Counted from the first letter of the stretch, positions 8,737-19,114 are shown. The stretch is DNA of 64,000 nucleotides from an uncultured Candidatus Saccharibacteria bacterium (GCA_964544935.1 CAZJDZ010000001.1:27018-91017), one strand, 5' to 3'. Numbers and translations are program-made. The notes: generated by a model not told the origin, from the sequence alone.

Positions 8737-10212
8737 ATGAAAAATATCTCTGATTTACTCCGTACTGGTAACCTTACTCCCAAAGAGAGGATACTCTTCT
8801 GTATACATGATGAAATACAGGAGTTAAAGACTGGTCTAAAGTCACTCACTCCCTCTGATCTCTATGCACTCTCTTCTGGATGGAGACCAAAGGATAGCTA
8901 TGAAGCACAGGAATACAACAAGTACTACAATGCATGGGATGTCATACAACTTCTTAAAATAGATGTGCAGACGACCTACTTAAACACCATTATCGATATA
9001 CGTAGCATGGAACGAGTACTTGCTTACCTTATGTATAGCAAGGAACCGAAGAATCTCTTGGCTGGGAAAGGGTTTGACGATGAGGCACTCCGCGAGATAC
9101 TGAGGAATACTGGACTCGACTACAACCTTCTCCTACATCGACTTACATTTGATGGATTACCACTCAACATACAGAAAGACCTACTTGCACTTGATCCTGA
9201 CGCAGAGACAAGTACTCAATACTTTGACCACGAGAAGAAGTTGTACGAGGTGTTGAATGGTAAAACTTCACTTACCTCTAAAGAGGTCGACACCCTGACA
9301 GACATCGTCATCGACTCCATTCCGTGGGAGTACTTAAGCCTCGTCACAGATAGAGGTCTCAATTTCATGAACATTCTTTTTAATGGATACTTTGCCAGTA
9401 TTCCGCTTGTTGTCTTTGCTGAGAAGTTAGCAAAGAAGCTACACATTGAGTACGAGAATGAAGATGAACTGAAAGCAAAAGTAGCTAAGGTACCAAACAT
9501 ACAGAATGAGCTACGAACACTCATTCATGATGAGATACAAGGTGGACTATTCTTTAGAGATTATGCACCACTCTGTAACAGTACCACCCACGAAACATGT
9601 AGTGATACCGATACCAAGTTACCCCACCACGAACTCATGGAGTTATGGATGAAGGAGAAAGCAAAGCAGGAAAAATTCTTACAAGGGTACATTGATAGCG
9701 GAAAGCTTGTTGTGGAAGATAGACAAAAGGAACTATTCACTATACGTAAATGCTACAAATCCATCACTGGAGAAAGTCTTTACTATTTAGATGAGGACTT
9801 ACCTTTCGTAAACGATTACAAGAAGCAAGTCGAGAAGTTACTGATACTCGGCTGTCTTCTTGCCTTCATCAAGAGGCGACCATTTTTGCAGTACTATGCT
9901 GAACTACTCTACTTCAATGTGTTTCTTGAAAAGGCGTCGAAAATATTTGAGATTGATCTTGCATTCTACGGAGAAAACTATACGAACGTCATCAAAGAAG
10001 AGGTTAATTTACTTAATGAACAGATTCTGATTATCGCTGAAAAAGTGGAGGAAGGATTATACCTAAAAAATGACATACGCTACCACGCAGAAATATATAT
10101 ACATGACATGCAGATATCGGTAGATGACGTTACTCCAGTGACTAATCGTTGCTTAGAACTTGCAGAGAAAAAGATTGACGAATCGTTTAGAGGTTGGTGG
10201 GGGAAGATGTGA
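8737..10212 (+). CDS. hypothetical protein (491 aa)
   Basis: Long ORF that ends the co-directional module 6105..10212. No Walker or nuclease motifs were seen. Confidence 0.55.
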   Translation: MKNISDLLRTGNLTPKERILFCIHDEIQELKTGLKSLTPSDLYALSSGWRPKDSYEAQEYNKYYNAWDVIQLLKIDVQTTYLNTIIDIRSMERVLAYLMYSKEPKNLLAGKGFDDEALREILRNTGLDYNLLLHRLTFDGLPLNIQKDLLALDPDAETSTQYFDHEKKLYEVLNGKTSLTSKEVDTLTDIVIDSIPWEYLSLVTDRGLNFMNILFNGYFASIPLVVFAEKLAKKLHIEYENEDELKAKVAKVPNIQNELRTLIHDEIQGGLFFRDYAPLCNSTTHETCSDTDTKLPHHELMELWMKEKAKQEKFLQGYIDSGKLVVEDRQKELFTIRKCYKSITGESLYYLDEDLPFVNDYKKQVEKLLILGCLLAFIKRRPFLQYYAELLYFNVFLEKASKIFEIDLAFYGENYTNVIKEEVNLLNEQILIIAEKVEEGLYLKNDIRYHAEIYIHDMQISVDDVTPVTNRCLELAEKKIDESFRGWWGKM

Positions 10213-10249
10213 TTTAGTCTGGACACTTTTTTATCTATCATCAATAAAA

Positions 10250-11005
10250 TTATAGTAAATTAATTACTTTGAACTTCTTTATAGAAAAAACTAAAGTATT
10301 ATGAATACTTGCTTCTGCTTCATCTTTTGTTCCCCAATTAAGGGAACTACTTTCAACCAACTCTAAACCACTTCTTGCAAGTCCTTCACCAAGATAAGCT
10401 TCAAGTTCGTGATAAAAATAGTGAAGAGTTGTTCCAAATACACTTACTTCCATAGGAGTTCCTTCTAAAGCTTTCAACCCTTTACTCTCTAACTCTTTTC
10501 TGCAGTAATCTGGATGAGGTAGTGAAATAATGGCGTGACCATCCAACTTTAAGATCCTAGAAAGTTCTCGATATCCCTCTTCAATGTCTTTGATATTATG
10601 AAGTGAAAATCTTGAAACAACTAGATCTACACTATTTGCCTCTAGGTGTGTATTTATCCAATCACCTTCTGTAATAATTACTTTATCTTTGATTTCAGGA
10701 ACAATTCTTTCTTGTAAAAGATTTCTCATATAAGGAGAAGGTTCAACACCTATAATAGTTCCCGCCTGAGAACTCTTTCCCCACAGCTGTAAGTAGCCAG
10801 CATTTGAACCACACCCAATATCGGCTACTGTATTTATCGGACCACTATTTCGTAAGGAGTTTACTCTTGCTATCATTTCAAGAGTTGCCCCATCCTCAAC
10901 CTTTTCTATGTTGAAAAAAGTATCTTGACCAGCTGTGTACTTTAGAGAGGTTTCTCTGTCATATCCAACTTCTTTTATTTGCTGTATTTGTTCCATTTTT
11001 TGCAT
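10250..11005 (-). CDS. class I SAM-dependent methyltransferase
   Basis: Motif I VADIGCGSNAGY and the expected downstream acidic residue. Confidence 0.7.
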   Translation of the reverse strand: MQKMEQIQQIKEVGYDRETSLKYTAGQDTFFNIEKVEDGATLEMIARVNSLRNSGPINTVADIGCGSNAGYLQLWGKSSQAGTIIGVEPSPYMRNLLQERIVPEIKDKVIITEGDWINTHLEANSVDLVVSRFSLHNIKDIEEGYRELSRILKLDGHAIISLPHPDYCRKELESKGLKALEGTPMEVSVFGTTLHYFYHELEAYLGEGLARSGLELVESSSLNWGTKDEAEASIHNTLVFSIKKFKVINLL

Positions 11006-11018
11006 ATTATAATAATTA

Positions 11019-11675
11019 CTAGTTTCCCATTATTGCTTCATATACCGCTTCTTTACTTCTAAAATCTTTAGCATTCAATTCTTCTATCACTTTACCTTTC
11101 TCAAGCACATACCCACGATCAGCAATTTTAAGAAGTGAAATCAAGTTGTGCTCAATGACTAGCACACTTAAGTTTCTTTCTTTTCGTATCTGGTCAATTA
11201 CTCTAAAAATATCTTGAACGAACTTTGGAGAAAGACCGAGTGACGGCTCATCAAGTAGCAACACTTCTGGATTATCAACCAAAGCACGAGCAAGTGCCAC
11301 CATTTGTTGCTCTCCACCAGAAAGGTGTTTTGCAAGAGTGTTTTTCTTCGTATGTAAAATAGGAAAGAGAGCGTAAATATCATCAGGTATTTCTTTCACA
11401 TTTCCACGTACTACAACATTTTCAAATACAGTAAGATTTGGAAACACTCTTTTTCCTTGCGAAACATATGAGATATTTTTACCTTTTGTAATGCGCCCAG
11501 ACTTCTTTTCTATAAGCCCTGCAATTACTTTTAGTATAGTACTTTTACCAGCACCATTCTGACCAAGAAGAGCAACAACTTCACCTTTGTTTATGTGAAG
11601 AGAAACACCAAAGAGCACTTGAAGGTCTTTATACCCAGCATCTATATTTTCTAATGTAAGTATTGTTTCTTTCAT
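11019..11675 (-). CDS. livF: branched-chain amino-acid ABC transporter ATP-binding protein (LivF-like)
   Basis: Walker A GQNGAGKST, LSGGEQQM signature and LLLDEP Walker B; last gene of the liv-type operon. Confidence 0.85.
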   Translation of the reverse strand: MKETILTLENIDAGYKDLQVLFGVSLHINKGEVVALLGQNGAGKSTILKVIAGLIEKKSGRITKGKNISYVSQGKRVFPNLTVFENVVVRGNVKEIPDDIYALFPILHTKKNTLAKHLSGGEQQMVALARALVDNPEVLLLDEPSLGLSPKFVQDIFRVIDQIRKERNLSVLVIEHNLISLLKIADRGYVLEKGKVIEELNAKDFRSKEAVYEAIMGN

Positions 11676-11679
11676 AATG

Positions 11680-12357
11680 TTAATCCCCTAGGTAGGCAGT
11701 TTTTACCGCTTGATCATTGAGCACATCCACAGCCCTACCTTCGGCGATATTTTTTCCACTATCAAGCACATAGACATAATCACAGAGTTCTTTGATGATA
11801 GCCATATCGTGCTCAATGAGGATGATAGCTGTACCTTTTTCTTTCTCTTCAGAAAGAATTTTTTTTATTGTATGTATCACCTCTGGGAACAAACCAGCAA
11901 ATGGCTCATCAAGAAAAAGTATCTTCGTGTCACCTGCTAATGCTCTACCCAACTCAAGAAGTTTTCTTTGACCATATGATAAATGACGAGCTTGTGTGTG
12001 GGTATGATGGTCTAGCCCTATACGTTCTATAACAGCAAGTGCCTCCTTTTGATGCGGTGAAAGCGTAAAAATTGACTGTAGGACACTCCTTGTTTCAAGA
12101 GATAGCAGTATTGTATCAAGCACTGTTAAGTTGCCCCAAAGTCTAGCATCTTGGAATGTTCTTGAGTAGTTTCCTTTCATTATTATCTTACCTCCGTTTT
12201 TAGATAACATATTTGTGAGCACGTTTACAAGCGTACTTTTACCACTTCCATTTGGACCGATAATACCAGTGATACTACCTTGTTTACATTCAATAGACAC
12301 AGATGAAAGTGCCTGTATACCATCAAAGTGTTTTGAAATGTTTGTAGCTTGTAACAT
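11680..12357 (-). CDS. livG: branched-chain amino-acid ABC transporter ATP-binding protein (LivG-like)
   Basis: Walker A GPNGSGKST, LSYGQRKLLEL signature and LFLDEP Walker B. Confidence 0.85.
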   Translation of the reverse strand: MLQATNISKHFDGIQALSSVSIECKQGSITGIIGPNGSGKSTLVNVLTNMLSKNGGKIIMKGNYSRTFQDARLWGNLTVLDTILLSLETRSVLQSIFTLSPHQKEALAVIERIGLDHHTHTQARHLSYGQRKLLELGRALAGDTKILFLDEPFAGLFPEVIHTIKKILSEEKEKGTAIILIEHDMAIIKELCDYVYVLDSGKNIAEGRAVDVLNDQAVKTAYLGD

Positions 12358-12359
12358 AG

Positions 12360-13226
12360 TTATAGAGAGTATTTACCAAATAGTCCTACAGGTCTTTTGT
12401 ACATAAGATAGATGAGAGCAAGTCCATAGAGAATAACTCTTGTTTGAGCCGCTATTTCATTTGGAAGACCGATGAAGCGTAAGACTTCAGGTAGTAGTGT
12501 GAGAATAACAACACCAGCGATTACTCCACGAGTTGAAGCGAGGCCTCCCAAGATAATTACTGTGAGTAAAAAGATGGACTCGTTCAAAGTAAAAGATGAC
12601 GGATCAATAAATGAAATATAACTTGCATATAGTGACCCTGATATTGAAGCAAAGACCGCCCCGATTGCAAACACCATCATTTTGTATTTATGTATATTGT
12701 ATTGAAATAGAGCAAGAGCATCTTCATCTTCACGGATTGCGTGGAGCACTCTACAGAAATGTGTTCGAGTAAGTGTGTGTAGAATAACAACTGATAGACT
12801 TGCTATTACTATTGTAAATAGTAGAAATGAAATTATTGATGTAAACGAATAACCAAAAAGCGAAGGACGCACAATACCAAATATACCAAACGGTCCTTTT
12901 GTTATTCCTTCAAGGTTCATAAACAGCGAATACATAATTACAGAAAGACCAATGGAAGCAAGGGCATAATAGTCACCCTTAACTTTTTTGAGAGAGTATG
13001 AAATAACTGAAGCAACGAGAGCTGAAACAAAAGCGCCTATAATCATAGATGAGAAAAAAGGTACACTATAAAACTTTGTAAGGATAGCAGTTGCATACGC
13101 ACCTAACCCGTAAAAAGCGGCGTGAGTGATTGAAAGAATACCAGAGTGCCCGACGATAAGATTAAGAGAAAGAGCGAATGGTATGTAGAGTGCAATAATG
13201 ATAAGTAAGTGGAGAATGTAGTCCAT
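12360..13226 (-). CDS. livM: ABC transporter permease (LivM-like)
   Basis: Polytopic membrane protein sitting between the LivH-like and LivG-like genes. Confidence 0.8.
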   Translation of the reverse strand: MDYILHLLIIIALYIPFALSLNLIVGHSGILSITHAAFYGLGAYATAILTKFYSVPFFSSMIIGAFVSALVASVISYSLKKVKGDYYALASIGLSVIMYSLFMNLEGITKGPFGIFGIVRPSLFGYSFTSIISFLLFTIVIASLSVVILHTLTRTHFCRVLHAIREDEDALALFQYNIHKYKMMVFAIGAVFASISGSLYASYISFIDPSSFTLNESIFLLTVIILGGLASTRGVIAGVVILTLLPEVLRFIGLPNEIAAQTRVILYGLALIYLMYKRPVGLFGKYSL

Positions 13227-13227
13227 A

Positions 13228-14082
13228 TTATTTCTTAAGTATACCAGTCGGTCTAAAGAGTAGAATTATGACGAGAACAAGAAACGCTATGGCATCTTTC
13301 CATTCCCCTCCAACATACCAGATCGAAAGATTCTCTAATACCGCCAAGATAAATGCCCCAATGAGTCCGTACATAAAATTACCTAAACCACCAAGTATTG
13401 CAACAATGACCCCCTTAAGAAGCAGACTCATTCCAATATATGGATCGAGACTAGTATCCATGGCATATAATATTGCAGAAGTTGTTCCAATTGTTACACC
13501 AATACATGTCGCGATAATTCTTACTTTTTTTATAGGTAATTGAGAAGACATCGCCAGTTCTTCATTATCTGATATTGCACGTAACTGTATACCAAATGTT
13601 GATTTACTAAGAAAAGCATATCCGAGGGCGTAGACCAATAATGCAAAAATAATCATTGCAAGTTGTACATATGTAATAGCTACTCCAAAAAATGTAAGCG
13701 TAGTACTTGAGACACTAAGTGTCTGTACATTTGATGTAAATATAAGTGCAATTAAAGCTTGAATAACCGTTAGAATACCAAGAGATGATATCATCATTAC
13801 CGCACTAGAAGATTTTTTTTTACGAAGGTTTCTGTATAAGAAAATCTCTACAACTAACGAGAATACAATTGTAATAAATACAGAGAAAACAAACGTGATA
13901 ACCATCGGGAGATGAATCTTTGATACGACAAGGTATGCGTATATTCCTACCAGGAAATAAGAAGCGTACGATAAATCAAAAAATTTATTAGCGCTGTAAA
14001 TAAAATTAAAGCCAAGAGCTAAAATTGCGTAGAGAGAGCCGAGTACGAACGTATTTGAAGCAACTTGAAGTAAATATTCCAT
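13228..14082 (-). CDS. livH: ABC transporter permease (LivH-like)
   Basis: Polytopic membrane protein; typical liv operon order. Confidence 0.8.
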   Translation of the reverse strand: MEYLLQVASNTFVLGSLYAILALGFNFIYSANKFFDLSYASYFLVGIYAYLVVSKIHLPMVITFVFSVFITIVFSLVVEIFLYRNLRKKKSSSAVMMISSLGILTVIQALIALIFTSNVQTLSVSSTTLTFFGVAITYVQLAMIIFALLVYALGYAFLSKSTFGIQLRAISDNEELAMSSQLPIKKVRIIATCIGVTIGTTSAILYAMDTSLDPYIGMSLLLKGVIVAILGGLGNFMYGLIGAFILAVLENLSIWYVGGEWKDAIAFLVLVIILLFRPTGILKK

Positions 14083-14158
14083 GGTTATTATTTTATCATG
14101 ATATTTTTATATCATGCATGAAAAAACAGGTCACATCTGACCTGTTTTTCAATTAAGA

Positions 14159-15265
14159 TTAAAGCTTTACAACTTTACCATCCTTTACAACCCAAACCTC
14201 AGTTCCTTGATTTCTTATACCTCTACCGTCAAAAATAACAGTGCCTGAATATCCTTTAAAGTCAGATTTTGATATTTTTTCAACCCATGTAGTCTTATTG
14301 GTATCGTAGTTATTAAGAAGTGTTGTTATTCCATCGTAACCATATTCGGCAAACGGACTTGGGTCAATACCATACATTGCTTTATATTTTGTTTTAAACT
14401 CTGTCAGATCACTAGTAGTAAATTGAAGAGTTACAGCCCCATTAAGTTTCTTCATATCACCAACTTGTTTTTCATATTCTGACCACCCAGTTTGGAGCTG
14501 AGCATCATAATAGAAAGCAACTTTAGTTGGATTTACACCAAGGAAAAGTAGATTCTTTGTAAGCTCAGATCCGATGTATGGCTCTGTGAGAAAAACTACA
14601 CCATCTGCACCAGACTCTTTTATCTTTGCAGCAATTGTTTTTGCGTCGTCTTTTGAATTGATTAAAAGGTCAACTTTATCTTTTGTATAAACACCAGAGA
14701 AAGCGTTGTAAAAGCCAATAGATGCTGGGGCATTTGTTGAATGAACGAGAGCAAGTTTTTTATGTGATGCATTATTTTGTACATATTCAGCAAGCTTCAC
14801 AATTTGACCATTTGCATCTGCTGACATCTGAAAGATATTATCTTTACCAACCCCATCATTTTGAAGTCCAACACAAACAACTGGAATACCATCAGCTATC
14901 ATTTTTTCATGAAGAGCATCAAGCACAGGTGTGGAGACCATGAACAATCCATCAATATGGTCGAGGGACGTCATTTTTGTATAAGCAGTAAAACCAGTCT
15001 TTGCGTCAAATTTATCATCAGCCTGTTCCGTAACAATCTCAATATTTGGATGAGATGCTTTGAAGTCTTTTATTGCCATATCAGCTGCTTTGCCGACACC
15101 TTCCCCAATCGCGCCGTACTGGCTTGTTAGAGGAAGCATAATACCTATTTTAATAGTTTGTTTTTGCTGTGTTGCCACCTCGGCTGTCTTCCTTTGAGAA
15201 AATAAAACAGCTCCTCCAACAACAAGCGCTACAACAAGAATTATTAATGGTAATTTATTTTTCAT
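14159..15265 (-). CDS. periplasmic-binding-protein type 1 substrate-binding protein (Leu/Ile/Val-binding family), lipoprotein/secreted
   Basis: N-terminal signal/TM segment and PBP1 fold features; first gene of the liv-type operon. Confidence 0.8.
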   Translation of the reverse strand: MKNKLPLIILVVALVVGGAVLFSQRKTAEVATQQKQTIKIGIMLPLTSQYGAIGEGVGKAADMAIKDFKASHPNIEIVTEQADDKFDAKTGFTAYTKMTSLDHIDGLFMVSTPVLDALHEKMIADGIPVVCVGLQNDGVGKDNIFQMSADANGQIVKLAEYVQNNASHKKLALVHSTNAPASIGFYNAFSGVYTKDKVDLLINSKDDAKTIAAKIKESGADGVVFLTEPYIGSELTKNLLFLGVNPTKVAFYYDAQLQTGWSEYEKQVGDMKKLNGAVTLQFTTSDLTEFKTKYKAMYGIDPSPFAEYGYDGITTLLNNYDTNKTTWVEKISKSDFKGYSGTVIFDGRGIRNQGTEVWVVKDGKVVKL

Positions 15266-15369
15266 AGTTAATTAGTTTTAATTATTTTAGTATATCTCTA
15301 CAAATCTTTAAACAAAAGCTTAAAAACTTGATAAAGTGGGGATGTAATATTGTCCCCAAGTTTCCACTT

Positions 15370-15474
15370 ACCCTCTTGTGGGCGGAGTTTGTGGTACTGG
15401 CGTCTGCACACTTGTTGTCGTTGGTCGACGAAGAGGTTTTCCTCTTCCGCAAGAACCAGAATTTGCTGTCATGA
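15370..15474 (-). CDS. unlisted 34-aa ORF MTANSGSCGRGKPLRRPTTTSVQTPVPQTPPTRG with a strong Shine-Dalgarno
   Basis: AAGGAG sits 6 nt upstream of the ATG. The ORF is locally GC-rich and is followed by a GGGGA...TCCCC hairpin; it lies between the receiver-like gene and the liv operon promoter. Confidence 0.4.
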
Positions 15475-15499
15475 CTTTCTCCTTAAAGTAGTGGTATTT

Positions 15500-16039
15500 T
15501 CAAACGAACATTGACACCAGCTCGCCAACAGCCCTGTCCCAATCCTTTCGGTCAAGGATGATTGGAATCTTACCTGAAGGATGAACTGGACTCAGCATCT
15601 TTGCTAATAGTGGTACAAAACCAACGTCATGATGATTTGTATCAGAACACATCACAACAGGAAATTTCTTCTCTATGGCTGTTAAGAGCACCTCTATGCC
15701 GTTGGCTTGCATTATTCCTGTTGTCCCCGGAAACATCAGATCGGTCAGAATGCCAGCTTTCGGGAAAACAGTGCCGAACCTATCCATTTGGTCAAAACCA
15801 TTCTTGGCTTCTGTAAGATTCCTTGCCCTCATTATCGTAATAACATTGTCGTTATTCTTATACCCTCTCCAAGAGGGAAGATTGAGTTGTTCCCTCAGGC
15901 TTGCGAGCCCCAAGTACGAACCATCATCTTCCGTTAGAATTCCGAAGTGCTTCTTAATGGCAGTTTCTGCAGTAATCGCTTCGTCGTCCTTGTCTTCGAC
16001 AATCAAGATGATAATGCTTTCCATGGACTTTCTCCTCAA
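15500..16039 (-). CDS. stand-alone receiver(CheY)-like domain protein, atypical
   Basis: IILIVEDKDDE and TDLMFPGTTG resemble receiver motifs, but with a long insertion between them. Confidence 0.4.
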   Translation of the reverse strand: MRRKSMESIIILIVEDKDDEAITAETAIKKHFGILTEDDGSYLGLASLREQLNLPSWRGYKNNDNVITIMRARNLTEAKNGFDQMDRFGTVFPKAGILTDLMFPGTTGIMQANGIEVLLTAIEKKFPVVMCSDTNHHDVGFVPLLAKMLSPVHPSGKIPIILDRKDWDRAVGELVSMFV

Positions 16040-16205
16040 TGATCTCGAAAAGCACTTTGCTTATCGTCTGCAAGTAGTATGCCAGATAAGGCATTGACAG
16101 TAAACAATAAAGTTGTATTAAGGTGATGTTTTCCATAATATCTTTATAAGATAAGCTATTTTTGGATTCTAAAATATCGAATAAACTTTACATAATTAAA
16201 AAAAA

Positions 16206-17009
16206 GTGTATACTTTGTGCATGGAATTACATATTCTCGGGCTCTCATCTAAAGAAGAAAAAGTTTTACTCAGTGTTCAAGAGGGTCACTCAACTGTTGT
16301 TGACATCGCTTCAAACACCAAAGTAACCAGACCCTCTGTTTATGATATTTTAAAGAAACTCAAAAAGAGGGGTCTTGTTATACACAAAACAGAACATGGT
16401 AAAAAAAGATGGTATATGGAGAATGAAAAAAAATTAACAGATAATCTATATTTACTAAAAAAGAAGCTCCTCTCATTTATAGATGGGAAAGAAGAGATCG
16501 AAAGTGTGACGGACGGAACTGTTATTGTACACCGTGGGAATGAGGCTATAAAAAAGGCTATTTGGGATATGTTTAGCTCACGAAAAAATGAGCGCTTCCT
16601 TGGTTATATGGGGTTCGAGCAAACAGTACATGGATGGGAAGACCTTTTTACACTTCAGGAAATAAGTTCTATGAACAAGATACTTAAAGAAAATAAAATT
16701 ATTACAGAGGCAGTTTTCCCTGAAAACTGGGCTGAAAATATGTTTGCAAAATATGGTGAGGCTTGGGCTAAGGACTACGAAGGGAGGACTGCTTCAAACG
16801 TATATGTTGACGCTAAATATTTTCATACAAGCGGTCAACTTTTTGCATTTAAAGACGTTATGTATTTATTAGCACTTAAAGACAAAATGATAATAGAGGT
16901 AAGACATTCAGACATCCAAAAAATGATACTTGGAATGTACTCATTTATGAAAGATAAGGGCGAGGTTGTTGATATTAACAAGAGACTGAGAGATCTAATT
17001 TCTCATTGA
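16206..17009 (+). CDS. TrmB-family winged-helix transcriptional regulator
   Basis: N-terminal LGLSSKEEKVLLSV..TVVDIASNTKVTRPSVYDILKKLKKRGLV wHTH. It is paralogous to the 18251..19114 product. Confidence 0.55.
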   Translation: MYTLCMELHILGLSSKEEKVLLSVQEGHSTVVDIASNTKVTRPSVYDILKKLKKRGLVIHKTEHGKKRWYMENEKKLTDNLYLLKKKLLSFIDGKEEIESVTDGTVIVHRGNEAIKKAIWDMFSSRKNERFLGYMGFEQTVHGWEDLFTLQEISSMNKILKENKIITEAVFPENWAENMFAKYGEAWAKDYEGRTASNVYVDAKYFHTSGQLFAFKDVMYLLALKDKMIIEVRHSDIQKMILGMYSFMKDKGEVVDINKRLRDLISH

Positions 17010-17025
17010 AATATTTAGGTAACAA

Positions 17026-17058
17026 AAAACAAGCATGTTTTTAATGCTTGTTTTTTGT
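17026..17058. terminator. bidirectional hairpin aacaagcat-gtttttaa-tgcttgtt flanked by A/T runs
   Basis: Located between convergent genes 16206..17009 (+) and 17078..18169 (-). Confidence 0.6.
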
Positions 17059-17077
17059 TAGACGGTAAAAAGATTAC

Positions 17078-18169
17078 TTATTTGATAGCAGTAACTGACC
17101 AATATAGATTTGTTATATCTCCCTTCTGATCAAAGACGTAGTTTTTTGCAAACCCTTTTTGTTCTTTTGATACTAGGTAATCGTGAGTATTAGCGCTTCC
17201 TTTCACTAGTTCAGCACGTGCAACAATCATAGTAAGGTCATATGAGGACTCAGCATATTTGTTTGGTGTTTTACCGTATGCCTGCTCATATTTTTTATTG
17301 AACTCATCTGATCTAGCACTTTCAATCATACTCAAGTTATTGTTTTTTACTTCAATTTTCTTTTCATCAACAGCAACCTTTAAGTAGTTAGTTCCGAGAA
17401 CTGGTACATTATAGTTTAGTTCTTGCATCTTCTTAACGAGAGCAATAGCACCAGCTTCAGTTCCTGTCCAAACAATTCCATCAACCTTCTTTGACTTTGC
17501 CTTAACAATAAGAGTTGAAAGTATTGTTGCTTCATCTGTATATGTGAACTGCTCTTTCATTCCTACAACAACACCAGAGTTCTGTGCCGCTTTAGTCCAA
17601 GCGTTTGTGTGTGCAACGCCCCACGTACCATCAACAGTAAGGATAGCGAGGTTGGTAACTTTGTTATCCTTTAGCCACTTTTCAGTAGGTGTTTGGATTT
17701 GATAAATAGGAGAAACACCGTGAATGAGGTGTGTCTTATCTTGATCACTTCCATCTACAACATCAGATGATGTGTCTGCAATTACTGCCGTCATTCCATT
17801 CTGTGCTATCACAGGGAGAGCGGCTGAAATCTGATATGACCAAGTAGGACCAAAAATTGTTTTAACACCTTTGCCGTTCATATAACTTACACCAGTGACA
17901 GTTTTCTTTGGATCTGTAGCATCATCGTAGTATTCAACATTGAGATCAATACCTTCCTTCTTGAGGTCGGCTTTAGCAAGTTCAATACCATCCTTAATGT
18001 TTCCACCATCAATTGCCGCATACCCTGTAAGAGCAAGAACTGCCCCTACGTTCACTGTTTTGTTAGCGGTTACTATTTCGCTTGAAGCATCTTTTCCATT
18101 TAAGAAATATGCCCCAGTAGCGATAACAACAACTGCTAATAATGTAAGTAATATATTTTTAGTTTTCAT
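17078..18169 (-). CDS. orphan PBP1-type substrate-binding protein (Leu/Ile/Val-binding family)
   Basis: Likely start MKTKNILLTLLAVVVIATG (signal peptide); paralogous in fold to the 14159..15265 product. Confidence 0.75.
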   Translation of the reverse strand: MKTKNILLTLLAVVVIATGAYFLNGKDASSEIVTANKTVNVGAVLALTGYAAIDGGNIKDGIELAKADLKKEGIDLNVEYYDDATDPKKTVTGVSYMNGKGVKTIFGPTWSYQISAALPVIAQNGMTAVIADTSSDVVDGSDQDKTHLIHGVSPIYQIQTPTEKWLKDNKVTNLAILTVDGTWGVAHTNAWTKAAQNSGVVVGMKEQFTYTDEATILSTLIVKAKSKKVDGIVWTGTEAGAIALVKKMQELNYNVPVLGTNYLKVAVDEKKIEVKNNNLSMIESARSDEFNKKYEQAYGKTPNKYAESSYDLTMIVARAELVKGSANTHDYLVSKEQKGFAKNYVFDQKGDITNLYWSVTAIK

Positions 18170-18250
18170 AGTGTTTATATAAAGTAAAGTATAGCAAGAT
18201 TTACAATGCATTCTTTACTGATATCAACATAGTATCACAAAAGAGCAAGT

Positions 18251-19114
18251 ATGTCAATTAGAATTGTGTCAGATTATGGTTACTCTTTACATTGTAAAAC
18301 AAAGGTATTATACTTAACTGTAATGAAAAATATGACACCTAAAAATGAACAAGGTTTAGAAAGCGAACAAAAAGCACTTGTTGATAGACTTACAGCATTT
18401 GGCTTTTCGTCTCGTGAAGCGCTTGTATATATTTACTTACTAAAAAAAGGCATAGAAACTGGTGGTTCAAAAATAGCGACTGGGACAGGTCTTCATAGAC
18501 AGTACGTGTACACTGCCCTTCTTAAACTTATAGAAGAAGGTCTTGTTGAGGAAGTTCCTCACGGAAAGCAATCAAAATACAAAGCAATGCCACCTATAGA
18601 AATAGAAAAGATTGGGCGAAGACGTTCAATTATTGCCTCTGATCTTGCGCGTGATCTTAACGTGATCAGCTCAATTGGTAATAACCAAGATTTTGAAGTG
18701 ATACAGGGTGTACGAGCAATTCAACAATATGAAATGAACTACATTGAACAAGCTAGCTCAACTTGGGAGGAATACATTATAGGTGGCGCTTCAGAAAAGT
18801 TCAGTCTTCTTATGGGAGATTACCTAGGAGAATATCTTGCTGAAAAAAATAAAAAGAATATGACGGTACGATATTTAGGAAGCATTAATGAGATAGACCT
18901 CTATAAGAATTATCTTGGGATATATAAAAACCAAGAGTATCGTTTTATGGATGACCTGCCAAGCGGTGTAAGTCATATGGTAATAAGAAACGAGTCAGTT
19001 TCTTTTTATAGTTTCCTAACTCCGCCACTTATGTATGTTGTGAAGTCACCCGTTATAGCAGAAAACTACAAACAGTTCTTTATGATGCTGTGGAATATGG
19101 CACCTAAGCGGTAA
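18251..19114 (+). CDS. TrmB-family transcriptional regulator (second paralog)
   Basis: wHTH EQKALVDRLTAFGFSSREALVYIYLLKKGIETGGSKIATGTGLHRQYVYTALLKLIEEGLV. Confidence 0.55.
   Translation: MSIRIVSDYGYSLHCKTKVLYLTVMKNMTPKNEQGLESEQKALVDRLTAFGFSSREALVYIYLLKKGIETGGSKIATGTGLHRQYVYTALLKLIEEGLVEEVPHGKQSKYKAMPPIEIEKIGRRRSIIASDLARDLNVISSIGNNQDFEVIQGVRAIQQYEMNYIEQASSTWEEYIIGGASEKFSLLMGDYLGEYLAEKNKKNMTVRYLGSINEIDLYKNYLGIYKNQEYRFMDDLPSGVSHMVIRNESVSFYSFLTPPLMYVVKSPVIAENYKQFFMMLWNMAPKR

Noticed and set aside
1503-9524. Assorted antisense/overlapping ORFs (1503..1793+, 1959..2267+, 2089..2361+, 3534..3827+, 4419..4631-, 5095..5292-, 5646..6063-, 6308..6703-, 6828..7683-, 8164..8508+, 9216..9524-)
   Set aside because: Each lies entirely inside a longer, motif-supported gene on the other strand or frame.
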